Notes: generated by a model from the letters alone, not told the origin. Positions 11,575-26,000 are shown, counted from the first letter of the stretch. The stretch: DNA of 64,000 nucleotides from Macrostomum lignano (GCA_002269645.1 NIVC01000104.1:711179-775178); one strand, 5' to 3'. Made by a program: numbers and translations.

Positions 11575-12375
11575 AGCCGGTCGCAAACTGGTAATAAATA
11601 ACATTAAATAACATTAGCCGAATATATAAGAAGCGTTGATTCACCTTCGAATTTTTGTTCGCGCGCGGCTTGCTGCTTTTGCTTTGGTTAATCTTATATT
11701 TGCTTTTCATTATTGTATTGTGATCTTGACTATTGAATTATGTATTACTATATATATATATTAATCCCATAATCCCATAAATCCCCTAGTATTTCGTGTC
11801 TGTATTAGTGCAATCGTGTCTTTTCTCTCTGGATCTGTTGTTTTCGCTGCAATTTTATTATATTTGCTCTAAGCGATTATTAATATTTATTTATATTGAT
11901 TTATACAGCTGTCTTACCTCTTATATATTTTTTAATGTATCGCCTTCATGCGCTGGTGGTGGTGGACCATTTTTTTATTATTATTGACTAATTGTGCAAC
12001 TATTTACCCTTTTCCCTATATATGTTATTGCTTTAGTAAATCATTTTTTTACAACAGCTTATCGGCTAATTAGTTGATTTTAGCAATATATATATAAAAG
12101 GCAGGTAATATTTAGTGCTTAATTGATAAAATTACTTTGCAATATGCGATTTACCTTGTTGAATTAGCCGCTTTTTATATCTGGTTACTTATAGCTTTAT
12201 TATCTATAGAATTATACTTTCATTATATATATCTGCTTTGTGACACGCTGCTGCTATGCAAAGCTTTGAAAATGTCTCGATTGGACTTTTTTAATTTGTT
12301 TAACTGCAATCACCGATTGTTAGGGTGGGGGGGGGCTTCGCCTTGCTGTTGTTTCACCAGGTTTGCCGCGAGCAC

Positions 12376-12750
12376 TCATTTTGGCGCCACAGGCACTCAT
12401 TTTGGCGCCGCAGACACTCATTTTGGCGCCGCAGGCACTCATTTTGGCGCCGCAGGCACTCATTTTGGCGCCGCAGGCACTCATTTTGGCGCCGCAGGCA
12501 CTCATTTTGGCGCCGCAGGCACTCATTTTGGCGCTGCAGGCACTCATTTTTGGCGCCGCAGACACTCATTTTGACGCCGCAGGCACTTATTTTGGCGCCG
12601 CAGGCACTCATTTTGGCGCCGCAGGCACTCATTTTGGCGCCGCAGGCACTCATTTTGGCGCCGCAGACACTCATTTTGGCGCCGCAGGCAAGTGCCACAG
12701 TCACTTATTTTAGCGCCGCAGGAAAGCGCTGCAGGCCCTCATTTTGGCGC
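12376..12750. repeat. 21-bp intergenic CpG-rich minisatellite
   Basis: Unit gcaggcactcattttggcgcc, ~18 copies. Confidence 0.95.
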
Positions 12751-14044
12751 CGCAGGCTCTATATTTTGTCGCCCTGAAGCAAAATTATTGATTTCCATAA
12801 CGGGTCACAAGGTTGGGGTGGGGGTGCAAAGCATTGGCATGTCCCCCTTGGCCTTTACTGGGGGAGGGCATGTTTGACAACTGCTTTACTGAGGGATTGC
12901 TGGCTAATGCAGTTTGTCTGATCGAGGGCAGGGAGGTACAGTACAGACACTAAGGCATACATGAAGACATTGGGGACACGCTTAGACACACGCTTATACA
13001 GCTAGGCTAGGACACTGAGACACAAAGGCACAAGACACGCGCTAAGACACTGAAGCACACGCGGAGGCATCGGACGCACAAGACAGACACTGTCGGGAAA
13101 TGCAAGTATGGCCTGGACAATGAGGCAGGTGCGCACAAATATTGAACATGATTGCCAGTCAGACTACAATTACAGATTCCAATTATAGTAATTCGGACAG
13201 ACACAGGAATGAGTCCAATAAGATTTCAATAACAGACTGCATGCGCGCCACGCACTTACGATCGTAATTATCCGTTTCAGTAGAAATTGAGCAAATTGGC
13301 CACCTTGGATAATTGGTCAAAGAGATAAGAAATTCAGGTGCCTTTGTCCAACCTTTGGGAGATTAGACAAAAGGTTTATACATAAAATCTTTATTATATA
13401 ATTGTCTATACTAACTCACGCAAACCTATAATAATTACGAGTATATGCTGCCGCCGCGTGCGCACTTAAGTACACGGCAGTCACATGTTATATATGCATA
13501 CATACTTTGGATTTAATTGCTTCGGCAAGTATGGGTAAGACCACCGCCTTAATACCTTTAACTACTTACTAAATCGACTGTTATTTACATGTCGTTATTG
13601 TTTAAAGCCACCCCAGTTGCAATCTCCGTAAACGCGTACACATGTAAACCCTTGTCTGTATAACCAACCCCTGTGACCCCCTCTGTAACCACCTCCTAAA
13701 TCGGCCTCTGTAAGCACCCCCTGAACCCTCCTATGTAATCAATCCCTGCAAACCTCTACTGTACCTTTAATCTGTAAAGCAGTGTTGCCACTACAGCAAT
13801 CAAAGAAATTATCGCAGGATAAGAAAAAAATCGCAGGAACAAATTTCTTATTTGTCATAGAGCAAAAGGCGCCAGTATGCGAAAACAACTTTCTTTTTTA
13901 GCTTTCCATTTCTAATTCCATCTTCTACTTGACTAAAAAAAACTACTACAATTTGCAATAACTGCATGCAACTCTCATTTACGCCGAATCAGTGAAGTAG
14001 TCATACAACACAAGCATTTTCTTAAGGGAAGACAGGCATACATA

Positions 14045-14656
14045 CACTCAGCAACAGTCGAAACCGCCACCCTAACGAGAGAGGCGACTTCTCTCTCACC
14101 TCAACTGCAAGTGACGTAACTTGCGCCACGGCGTGGCTAAAGCTGGGTGAGAGTGAATTCCAGGGTGAGAGTACAAAGGGACTGGGGTTGGGGTTGGGGG
14201 TGCAACGTGACAATGGTCAGGCATATGACAGACGCTGAACGATGGCGCGCTGTTGGCATGCTAGAATTAGCTGGTGCATCCATCAGCGCAGTTGCTCGCC
14301 GATTTGGCCGATCACGTTCAACAATTCGAGCGCTGTTAACGAAGTCCCAAGATACTGGTAGTGTTCAGCACGCAGCCATAGGCAGCCAGCGCCATGATCT
14401 CCGCGGCTCAACAGCCAGGGCAAATTGACGTCTGCTGCGGATTGTCAGGCGAACTCCGACCGCGCCAGCCACCCTGCTCCGTCTAATGTGGGGTGAAAGA
14501 AGCAGATGAGGCATCCTCTGCATCCCCTGATTGCCCTCTCCTGCATTCACTCACCCAGCTTTAGCCACGCCGTGGCGCAAGTTACGTCACTTGCAGTTGA
14601 GGTGAGAGAGAAGTCGCCTCTCTCGGTAGGGTGGCGGTTTTGACTGTTGCTGAGTG
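14045..14656 (+). mobile_element. Internally deleted Tc1/mariner element nested in the hAT
   Basis: ~115-bp TIRs starting CACTCAGCAAC; TA on both sides (14043-14044, 14657-14658). Confidence 0.85.
14213..14500 (+). pseudogene. Tc1 transposase N-terminal paired-HTH relic
   Basis: MTDAERWRAVGML...SISAVARRFGRSRSTIRALL...TGSV resembles the Tc1 DNA-binding domain. Stop at 14428; no DDE domain. Confidence 0.75.
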
Positions 14657-14946
14657 TATAATATAGATTACTGATGTTCATTATGGAACCGACCCGAGCA
14701 ACCAACTAAACACAAGACGCTACCTATACGACCGCTGATGAGTAATAACAATTTTAAAACTAAATTTTGTGCTATATTCCAGTTGTCTGAATCTGTTCTC
14801 AATTCTATATAGCTGAAATGAATTCTTTTAATACTTTAATTGTTGATCAATGTCGGTTACTGTAGGGGAAGAAATACTTTTACGTGAATCTTTGTTTGGT
14901 TAGTCAAACGTTAGTCAGGCAAAACTGCAGGCTCTTCAGTGGATTT

Positions 14947-15111
14947 TCATTTTTTCTTTGGAACCTTTGGCAGGACAGATCGAGCGCCGAACTCCGGCTG
15001 TCTCTTTCGCCAAGCCGTTTCGTCAGCAGCTTTCTTCAGTGCTCGCTCGACCGCAGCATGCTCAATCTCCTTTCGCCGAGCTTCAAAACCGGAGGCTTGC
15101 ACAGCCTCACG
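14947..15111 (-). pseudogene. Relic terminal exon inside the hAT element
   Basis: ATATAG| then REAVQASGFEARRKEIEHAAVERALKKAADETAWRKRQPEFGARSVLPKVPKKK-stop (54 aa, coding-like). Identity unknown. Confidence 0.4.
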
Positions 15112-16823
15112 CTATATTGATGACATTCATGACACTTTAATTGAGCACAAAATGAAACACAGTACTTGAAAAAAAGTTGAAAGAACTGGTGTCCACGAAA
15201 AATCGCAGGAAATGAGCAAAATAGACAAAATTATCGCTGAGCGATAAAAAATCGCAGTGGTGGCAACACTGCTGTAAAGTACTTCCTTGACTGTTGGATT
15301 GCGACTGTTTCAGATTTCAAAAGAATTATTAAAACGTACTAAAACTCCACACCAGAACCGTATAGGGGATGTCGGCTGCTTTTGAACGCGGCGTGCTTTT
15401 AGTAGCAGAAATTTATGGCGACCAATCGGTTGAAGGAGATTATTAAATTATTTAATATATTTGAATATGTAATTAGATTTGAAGCAAACGCAAACAAATT
15501 GTGTATAAATGAATAATAATATAATATTTTTGACTGCACTATTTGCTGCTAATGCATGAGAGACACTTATTTCTAATTATATAGAGCTATTTACAATGCT
15601 CACGCGCGCCGGGACATTTCAGGGATTAGGCGTGGGAGCCCTCTGACAACTACAACAGTCAATGGGCCCAAGAGCAGCAAAAGCCGAATGCCTGACCGCC
15701 AAGCTCTGGAGAAGCAGCAATATAATAATTAATTAATAACTGACCAACGCGAAACTTCTGCCAGACGAAATTCTTATACAAAGGCATACTCTGTACAGGC
15801 GGCGCACGGGCGCCGAACTCTGCGCGATGCCGGCGTGCAAGCAAACAAGAAAACAAACAACAAAGGGCGATTACTGGAAAGAGTACATGCTGTATAGACT
15901 ACTGCCACTGTCAGCAAGTAGGCAGGTAGGGATTTTTTGGTTAGAAGGAATCTCGCAGAGATAATTAGCAGCTAACGGTAGGAAAATTATCGTACGTAAA
16001 ACAAGAATAGTCTACTTTAATTAATCATTTGTTTAATCAGACCGCCTGGTATAGCACCTGGGATAAATTAAATATTTATTGGGCCGGCTGCTATAGTAAG
16101 TATTAGAGTGAAAATAGTTGTAAAACAATAAAGTACATTCAATAAGCGCAGATAGACGGATATAAACACAGGGGTGGGTTGAGGCGATATAAATATAAAA
16201 ACATAAGTCTGTCTTGTCTTAATCTAATGCACCAATCTTGCTGCCGGAGAGCCAAGTCACGGTGGGGAGGGGTTAGCGGTTCAGAGATATTACTACTAAT
16301 AGTATTATTTTATTGACAAACGATAAATTAAAGCAAAACAGTGGGCCACAATGGCACAGGAAAGCAAATTTATTTTTTTATAAAAACAAAAAAGCATGAC
16401 TGAATGAATGGATGAGGAGAGGCGTGACTGCGGATTACCAATAAACAAGCGCAGATGTTACAGTTAGATTACATAGCTGCACGGAGGACTTGGATGTCTT
16501 AGTTATTTTTTTCTAACTCTCAAATTCCTACTTTTTTACTAACAGTAGCTTACTTAGCGGGTAACAAGAATTTTCTGTAACGGAAAAACAACCAAAAACA
16601 CAACAATTTGACAGGAATGAAACAATCAAACAGAGAAGTAAAAGGAGCATAGTGAACTCACTGACGCGCCTACTAGCGTGTGAAATTTCTGCAATTTCTT
16701 CGTTATTAATCAATCGGCTTTGTTAGTTTTTAAAGTGTTAATTTTTACACACGCTAGAAAGCCGCAGAGGTATCCAGCTCTCCTAGAGAAAGTCCAGTCC
16801 AGCAGACATAAAAACTGATTAGG

Positions 16824-17099
16824 TTAGTTCATCCACTTGCGACACTGCGGAGCGCCGCACATGCACGGGATCTTGCTGGCATTGTCCTCAAAGTCGAACT
16901 TATAGTCGTAGGTCAACTCTTCGCCTTTGTCGATCCGTCTGCCAGCTACAATGATAATCTTGCGCTCTTTGTCGCACTCGACCAGCTCGGCTGAGCAGTT
17001 CGGCTGGCAGCTGTGGTTGATGTAGCGGGCCGGGCCGCCGCTTATTGTGGCGTCCACAATCCAGTTGTCGTCAAGGCGGAACATGTAGATGCCGCGGTT
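16824..17099 (-). CDS. KMT2C: KMT2C/D exon 16: SET C-terminal half and post-SET
   Basis: [31 protein letters not shown]...RKWMN-stop. Confidence 0.95.
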   Translation of the reverse strand, partial: NRGIYMFRLDDNWIVDATISGGPARYINHSCQPNCSAELVECDKERKIIIVAGRRIDKGEELTYDYKFDFEDNASKIPCMCGAPQCRKWMN

Positions 17100-20000
17100 C
17101 TGGTGGGCGGGGGGGGCAACGAAGAGGGCTAAGATGCGAATTCGAGTTGCTTTGACTAGCACCAGGTGATTGGGTAGGTAGCTAAGGATGGTAGCTAATG
17201 GGAGATATTGGGTAGGTAAGGATGGTAGCTAATGGGAGATATTGGGTAGATAAGGATAGTAGCTAATTGGAGATATTGGATAGATAAGGATGGTAGCTAA
17301 TGGGAGATTAGGTAGATAAGGATGGTAGCTAATGGAAGATATTGGGTAGATAAGGATGGTAGCTAATGGGAGATATTGGGTAGATAAGGATGGTAGCTAA
17401 TGGGATTGGGTAGGTAAGGATAGTAGCTAATGGGAGATATTGGGTAGATAAGGATGGTAGCTAATGGGATTGGGTAGGTAAGGATAGTAGCTAATGGGAG
17501 ATATTGGGTAGATAAGGATGGTAGCTAATGGGAGATTAGGTAGATAAGGATGGTAGCTAATGGAAGATATTGGGTAGATAAGGATGGTAGCTAATGGGAG
17601 ATATTGGGTAGATAAGGATGGTAGCTAATGGGATTGGGTAGGTAAGGATAGTAGCTAATGGGAGATATTGGGTAGATAAGGATGGTAGCTAATGGGATTG
17701 GGTAGGTAAGGATAGTAGCTAATGGGAGAGATTGGATAGGTAAGGATGGTAGCTAATGGGAGAGATTGGGTAGGTAAGGATGGCAGCTAATGGGAGAGAT
17801 TGGGTAGGTAAGGATGGCAGCTAATGGGAGATATTGGGTAGATAAAAACGGTTGATACGCTTGGTAAGTTATAGCACTACTTAATTATGCGCAGCTAGTA
17901 GTATCTTAGAATTTTACCTCTTTAATTAACAGGTTATTAAGAAAAATGTAAATAAATTTTGTAAGTGACAATCCATTATAATTATAATGTTTGGAAACGA
18001 TAAAAATGCATAAAAAGAATTCTACAAACTATTTCGTGCATCGTGAGAAAGGGCTCCAAGGCGACAGAACAGCAAGACTTTGACTTTCAAGGGCTTTAGT
18101 CTCTCACTTTTCTAGCTTAAAAAGCTATTCACAAGCTTGTCTTATTTCAAAGTGTCACTTCTACCTTGTCAATAAGTCCAATTGAACAAAGGGAAAATGG
18201 TTTATGACTGAACTGGAGAAAACAGCTGCTGCAGATGTATTTTGAATATAGAAAATGGTGTTGCACACCTTTACTGAATTTTAATCAATCAGTCAATCAC
18301 GTAGAAGCAGGGCGGGACCCGATGGGAAGGAGCAACTCACCTGCGCCTCGTAGAGCTTCTCGCGCCTGTTGCCCAGTTCGTTGCGAATAACCTCGCCAAT
18401 GTACTCAATCACCATGGCGTGGCGCTCCAGATCGCGAGCGGCAAACAGGCCTAGGCCTTGGATACGCGACCGGCCCAGGTAGACATTCAGCCGCCATTCA
18501 GTCTTTAGACGGCGATACTGCGACGACTTGGAGTGGGTGTACTGCTTCGAGTAGGGAGCCAATTCGTTAATGGTATTGGCCATAGACAGTGGCAGAGCGT
18601 GGCGACTGCTAGATGAGCCACCAGTTTGGAGGTGCGCTCTGCGGGGCGAAGATTTCAGTAAATTGGTTAATTAGTAATTAGATAGAAGAGTGGCGTAAAA
18701 AACCAACATACTGGAGTGTTGGGGTGGTTCCGTAGATCATACGTCGAGTGGGAGTGGGTTGGCGTGTGCTTGCGTGGTTCAGACCCCGCGGAGTGAGGTG
18801 GAGGGTGCTGGTACTTATCAGGCGCCCAGCGAAGTGGGGTGGTGGGTGCTTCCGCAGTTCAGACCCCGCGGAGTGAGGTGGAGGGTGCTGGTACTTATCA
18901 GGCGCCCAGCGAAGTGGGGTGGTGGGTGCTTCCGCAGTTCAGACCCGCGGAGTGAGGTGGAGGGTGCTGGTACTTATCAGGCGCCCAGCGAAGTGGGGTG
19001 GTGGGTGCTTCCGCAGTTCAGACCCCGCGGAGTGAGGTGGAGGGTGCTGGTACTTATCAGGCGCCCAGCGAAGTGGGGTGGTGGGTGCTTCCGCAGTTCA
19101 GACCCCGCGGAGTGAGGTGGAGGGTGCTGGTACTTATCAGGCGCCCCGCGAAGTGGGGTGGGGGTGCTTGCGTGCTTAAGCCTCCCCCAAGGGACTTAGC
19201 TTGTCTGATTCAGACCCCGCGCGGAGTGGGGTGGTGGATGTTTGCGTCGTTCAAAAACTCCCCGCGGAATGGGGTGGCGGGTGCTTGTGCGGTTTAGGCC
19301 CCCGTGGGGTTGGTTTGTTTGATTCAGACCCCGCGCAGAGTGGGGTGGCATGAGGCGTGTGAGGAAATATATATCGCATCAATAATAATTTGCGCTGCGC
19401 ATTCCAACACAAAACTGCAAAGGAAAAAACAACGAAACCGTAAACAGCGATTTAAACAACGGGGGTAGTGATAGTTGTGAGGTAAGGCAAATAACAAAGC
19501 TCAATACGTAAGGAAAGGCAAGGCGAGGAAAAAATCTAATGCAAAAGGTTTATGAGCAAGCGTAATATATTGATTATTGCTATCTGGCGAAGCGAACCAG
19601 CGCATTAACTATACTAATGCAATAAAAGCTTGCTTGCATCAATGTAAGAAGACAATAATTGCATAGCCCCCTAATAATTATACAGTCAGCCCTTGTTAAC
19701 AAAAAAATGACAGAGCCGAAAATTGCTGCTGTTGCGTTTCGCCTCAGCGTTCAAATTTAGTCTGCATTCTCAAATCAAAGAGGCACAAATTCACAGGGCA
19801 CTTCAGTCAGACTCTCCCATCAATATTGCGCACGCCGGCGCACTAGAAAAAGCTTTTTTTTCCAAAAAAAACATCAATCGGCTTATTTTCGGATTTCTAA
19901 AAGGTGAAATCGAAAAATCAAGAAAGACTCAAACGGATCTCAGAGCGGCAGATTTCAAACAGACTTAGATTTTACTTGTCTTTGGCTATTGATTTGATAT

Positions 20001-23000
20001 ACTGATCTAGAAAGGAGAAAGATGGATGGGGGTTATGCACACAGGAGAAACAGTCTAGAGAAAGCGATGCCCTAAAATATCCCCCCCCCCTAGCAACTAG
20101 TTGAAGGTGCAAGGTAGAACTAATTAACAAATCAAAGCGCGCATAAACAACACAATCAATAAATTTATTAATTGAAAGTGAAACATAGGGAGGCACAATT
20201 ATAGCTATAGCAGAAAACTAAATAGAAAGTGTCACCTCATCTGGACCCCGCCACGATGCTCTTCAATCGTGGCCGGGCCGCCTGCTGACGCGGCGCCAAC
20301 AGGCGCTGGCGCTGAACACCGACAAATCGGATGGCGTCTGGGAATACGCGTGTATAGTGTTGCACTTTTTCAATGGGATAATCCAGTAGTCATATTGCTA
20401 AATTAACGAAGCAACCGATATGTATCGAAATAATAGTTACAGTACCATGGATATCGCGTAGCAACCAATGCACCTAGTTACCATGGATACAGCATACCAA
20501 CCAATTTACATAGTTACCATGGTTCAGCATAGCAACCAATTTACATAGTTACCATGGTTCAGCATAGCAACCAATTTACATAGTTACCATGACTACAAAA
20601 TAGCAACCAATGCACCTAGTTACCATGGAGACAGCATAGCAACCAATGCACATGGCACCTAGTTACCATGGATACAGCATAGCAACTAATGAACCTAGTT
20701 ACCATGGGTGCAGCATAGCAACCAATGAACCTAGTTACCACGGATACAGCATAGCAACCAATGCACCTAGTTACCATGACTACAAAATAGCGACTAATGA
20801 ACATAGTTACCATGGATACAGCATAGCAACCAACAGTTGCCATGGCTACCGTGAAGCAATGTTATTAAAAATCAAATTATATTTTTTGTGAAAAACCATA
20901 ACAGCAGTTACAAACCTCCGAAAGTAGGTCCGCATCTTCGGCTCGGATCGCGCGCAGCCGGTGGGGTTAATAGCCAGCGGCATCTCAGCTATAAGCTGCA
21001 TCCGGCCATATTTAAATGCGTAATCGGTGAGCACGTCCAGGCCTGGCAGAGACTCGATCGCGCGGAGCACGTTGGACTCCGTCAGGCCGAACATGTCCTC
21101 GCCAGTCAGGTGCCTGGGGAACAGCTTCACCAAGCCGGCTGAGGCACGCAGTTGAGCAATCTCAACTAGCAGCGGTCGCCAAACAGCGTCGCAGGCGTCG
21201 GCTACGAGCTCGTGCGTCGGCCGGCCGGTCTCTTCGACACGTACGCGGAATAGGGGAGCGCCGTTGCTCTCCTCGATGGTGCACTGGTAGCAGCAGCGCT
21301 GGCCAACAGTCAGGCGGGACCAGTAGATCCTGGTTGACCAGTAGCCTACAGGGTACACGTGACGGTTGGTGTGGAAGCGGCCGCTGCTGATCTGGGCTGG
21401 CAACAGCTGGCCAAGTCGGCGAAGGCGGAGGCCGCCGATGCGAAGGCTGGTCGAGTCGGGCTGGTCGGACATCAGGGCAGCCGACACCTGTCGCAGGGGG
21501 GGGGGCGAAGAACAGAGCTGTATGTGATTGGGATGGGTGAATTGGAGTGGGGTGGATCGGGGTGGGTGGATTGGATTGGAGTAAGGTTGATTGGAATGGG
21601 GTGGATTGGAGTGAGGTTGATTGGGGTGGGTGGATTGGATTGGAGTAGGGTGGATTGGAATGGGGTGGATTGGAATGGGCGGATCGGGGTGGGTGGATTG
21701 GAGTGGATGGATTGGGGTGGGTTGTTTGGAGTAAATGGATTGGAGTGGATGGATTGGAGTGGGGTGGATTGGAGTGGGGTGGATTGGAGTGGGGAGGATT
21801 GGAGTGGGGAGGATTGGAGTGGGGTGGATTGGAGTGAGATAAAACAGATAAAATTTGGATTAGGTAGGTAATCGGATTGAGTTGAATAGGATTCGGTGTA
21901 AGTATGACATTATTCACAAATCGCTTTTCTTCAAGTTAAAATTGAACGCCATTCCCTGCACAACTTTCATATGGTTAATCTGCACTACATTATACGCCAA
22001 TTAATCAATTAATTTCGGAATTTATTTGTAGAATTCGAATATTCGCTCAGAGAAAATACGCGAATCCAGTAAAACAAAAGTTACTATTCATCACATCACG
22101 CACGGCCTAAATTTTGCACGAAGGAAAGAAAAAAAGATATTTACTTATCGGCTATTGAAAAATCAAATTTCCTGTCTATTCATCACATTCACATTGGCTG
22201 GCGTGACTGCTTTGAAAGCAATAAAACTGCTGCTTTTTTGAGTTTAAAAAGAGAAATTGAAAAAAAATCTTTTTCTGCGAACGATCAGCATCTCTATACC
22301 TCAGTGTGAGCAGCATCTCTACCCCACTGTGAGCAGCATCTCTACCTCAGTGTGAGCAGCATCTCTACCTCAGTGTGAGCAGCATCTCTATCTCAGTGTG
22401 AGCAGCATCTCTATCTCAGTGTGAGCAGCATCTCTACCTCAGTGTGAGCAGCATCTCTACCCCACTGTGAGCAGCATCTCTACCCCACTGTGAGCAGCAT
22501 CTCTACCCCACTGTGAGCAGCATCTCTACCTCACTGTGAGCAGCATCTCTACCTCACTGTGAGCAGCATCTCTACCCCACTGTGAGCAGCATCTCTACCT
22601 CACTGTGAGCAGCATCTCTACCTCACTGTGAGCAGCATCTCTACCTCACTGTGAGCAGCATCTCTACCTCACTGTGAGCAGCATCTCTACCCCACTGTGA
22701 GCAGCATCTCTACCTCACTGTGAGCAGCATCTCTACCTCACTGTGAGCAGCATCTCTACCCCACTGTGAGCAGCATCTCTACCTCAGTGTGAGCAGCATC
22801 TCTACCCCACTGTGAGCAGCATCTCTACCTCAGTGTGAGCAGCATCTCTACCCCACTGTGAGCAGCATCTCTACCCCACTGTGAGCAGCATCTCTACCCC
22901 ACTGTGAGCAGCATCTCTACCCCACTGTGAGCAGCATCTCTACCTCACTGTCAGCAGCATCTCTACCTCACTGTGAGCAGCATCTCTACCTCACTGTGAG

Positions 23001-26000
23001 CAGCATCTCTACCTCACTGTGAGCAGCATCTCTACCCCACTGTGAGCACCATCTCTACCTCAGTGTGAGCAGCATCTCTACCCCACTGTGAGCAGCATCT
23101 CTACCTCAGTGTGAGCAGCATCTCTACCCCACTGTGAGCAGCATCTCTACCCCACTGTGAGCAGCATCTCTACCTCAGTGTGAGCAGCATCTCTACCCCA
23201 CTGTGAGCAGCATCTCTACCTCAGTGTGAGCAGCATCTCTACCTCAGTGTGAGCAGCATCTCTACCAAACCTAAACAGAACTCAACTCACCTGAGTCTGC
23301 TCATCCCGACTGATGTACACCCTCCGCGGCACCTCCAAGCTGACCAACTGCAGCTGATGCTCCTTCGGTCGATGCGCGGGACAGTACATGCCCCTATCAG
23401 TGAACAGCATGCAGCCGCTCTCTAAGGCGCAGATCACGTGATAAACTGCTGTACACCGGGACCGATAGCAGGCGAGGCCGGCACCGAGGCGGTTGCAATG
23501 CGAGCAACGGGTTTTCAGGGCGCGACGAACAGCGGTGTCGACGTTAACCAGACCGCCCGAGACAGTCTCGTAGACGTCGAAGCACCACAGGGCGCAGTTT
23601 AGATGCAGCCAGCGGCCGGAGTGGAGATTCAACAGTCGTCCGGGGCCGTCTGCGGGAAGGTCGCCACGCTGGCAGCACAGCACGCAGACGCGAAGATCGG
23701 CGAGGCCTGCTGGCGGCTTCAGCGCGCCGGACATTTTGCCAAGGAGCTGCGATTGGGAGTAAAATGGAAAGGGAATTAGCATCTCTGTCACGGCCTACTC
23801 CACTCCCACTCCGCTCCGCCTAGCACCTATCTCACTCCGTCTAGTACTCACTTCACTCCGACTAGTACTCACTTCACTCCGACTAGTACTCACTTCACTC
23901 CGACTAGTACTCACTTCACTCCGACTAGTACTCACTTCACTCCGCCTAGTACTCACTTCACTCCGACTAGTACTCACTTCACTCCGACTAGTACTCACTT
24001 CACTCCGACTAGTACTCACTTCACTCCGACTAGTACTCACTTCACTCCGACTAGTACTCACTTCACTCCGACTAGCACCCACCCTACTCCGCCTAGCACC
24101 CACCCCAATTCGCCTAGCACTCACCCCACTTCGCCTAGCACCCAACCAATTCGCCAAGCACTCACCCCACTCCGCCTAGCACCCACCCCACTTCGCCTAG
24201 CACCCACCCCACTTCGCCTAGCACCCACCCCACTTCGCCTAGCACCCACCTCACTTCGCCTAGCACCCACCCACTTCGCCTAGCACCCACCCCACTTCGC
24301 CTAGCACCCACCCCACTTCGCCTAGCACCCACCCCACTTCGTCTAGCACCCACCTTACTTTGCTTAGCACCCACCTCATTCTATTAAACTTAAAACTAGT
24401 TACCGTGATAAACAAAATCAACTTAAAACAATGCAAGCAACACACCTCGCCAATTTCCTCTGGCGACAGAGGTTGAAAGTCCTGAGCCGGTTTAAAATCT
24501 GAGCCGTATTTACGCCAACGAACTCCTTTCCATTTTTTCGTCTGACTGCCGATCCGCTGCTCCCCAGACAGGGTTCGCCGACGTCCGGCTTGCATAGCCG
24601 ACTTGCCGACGCTCATCTGGCGCTCCATAGCTTTGGATCGGTTGGTTGGCAAAGGCGATTGCAGCACAACTGGCACTGTAGATAATTCGTCGCCGATGTA
24701 CAATTGACGACGGTAATCCGGCTGATTGGAATCTTCAGAGCGCTGCAGAATGAGTGAATTAGGAGTATGTATAGGTGTAACCTAACCTGAATAGGCACTA
24801 GAACACCTGAAGTAGGCACTAAAACACCTGAACTACCCACTAGAAAACATGAACTAGGCATTAGAAGCTAGAACACCTGAACTACCCACTAGAACACCTG
24901 AACTAGGCTCTAGAACACCTGAACTACCCACTAGAACACCTGAACTAGGCTCTAGAACACCTGAACTACCCACTAGAACAAATGAACTAGGCTCTAGAAC
25001 ACCTGAACTACCCACTAGAACACCTGAACTAGGCTCTAGAACACCTGAACTACCCACTAGAACAAATGAACTAGGCTCTATAACACCTGAACTACGCACT
25101 ATAACACCTGAACTAGGCTCTAGAACACCTGAACTAGGCTCTAGAACACCTGAACTACCCACTAGAACACCTGAACTAGGCTCTAGAACACCTGAACTAC
25201 CCACTATAACACCTGAACTACCCACTATAACACCTGAACTGGGCACTATAACACCTGAACTAGGCTCTAGAACACCTGAACTAGGCTCTAGAACACCTGA
25301 ACTACCCACTATAACACCTGAACTAGGCTCTAGAACACCTGAACTAGGCTCTAGAACACCTGAAATAGGCTCTAGAACACCTGAACTAGGCTCTAGAACA
25401 CCTGAACTAGGCTCTAGAACACCTGAACTAGGCTCTAGAACACCTGAACTAGGCACTATAACACCTGAACTAGGCACTATAACACCTGAACTAGGCTCTA
25501 GAACACCTGAACTAGGCTCTAGAACACCTGAACTAGGCTCTAGAACACCTGAACTAGGCTCTAGAACACCTGAACTACCCACTATAACACCTGAACTAGG
25601 CTCTAGAACACCTGAACTAGGCTCTAGAACACCTGAAATAGGCTCTAGAACACCTGAACTAGGCTCTAGAACACCTGAACTAGGCTCTAGAACACCTGAA
25701 CTAGGCTCTAGAACACCTGAACTAGGCACTATAACACCTGAACTAGGCACTATAACACCTGAACTAGGCTCTAGAACACCTGAAATAGGCTCTAGAACAC
25801 CTGAACTAGGCTCTAGAACACCTGAACTAGGCTCTAGAACACCTGAACTAGGCTCTAGAACACCTGAACTAGGCTCTAGAACACCTGAACTAGGCTCTAG
25901 AACACCTGAACTAGGCTCTAGAACACCTGAACTAGGCTCTAGAACACCCGAACTAGGCTCTAGAACACCCGAACTAGGCTCTAGAACACCTGAAATAGGC

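Larger units (their letters stand above)
13780..15271. mobile_element. hAT-like DNA transposon (non-autonomous), 1492 bp
   Basis: TIR CAGTGTTGCCAC / GTGGCAACACTG; perfect 8-bp TSD CTGTAAAG (13772-13779, 15272-15279); subterminal ATCGCAG repeats. Confidence 0.9.

Noticed and set aside
18775-19150. CRISPR-like periodic array
   Set aside because: Pure tandem repeat with no unique spacers; eukaryotic context, no cas genes.
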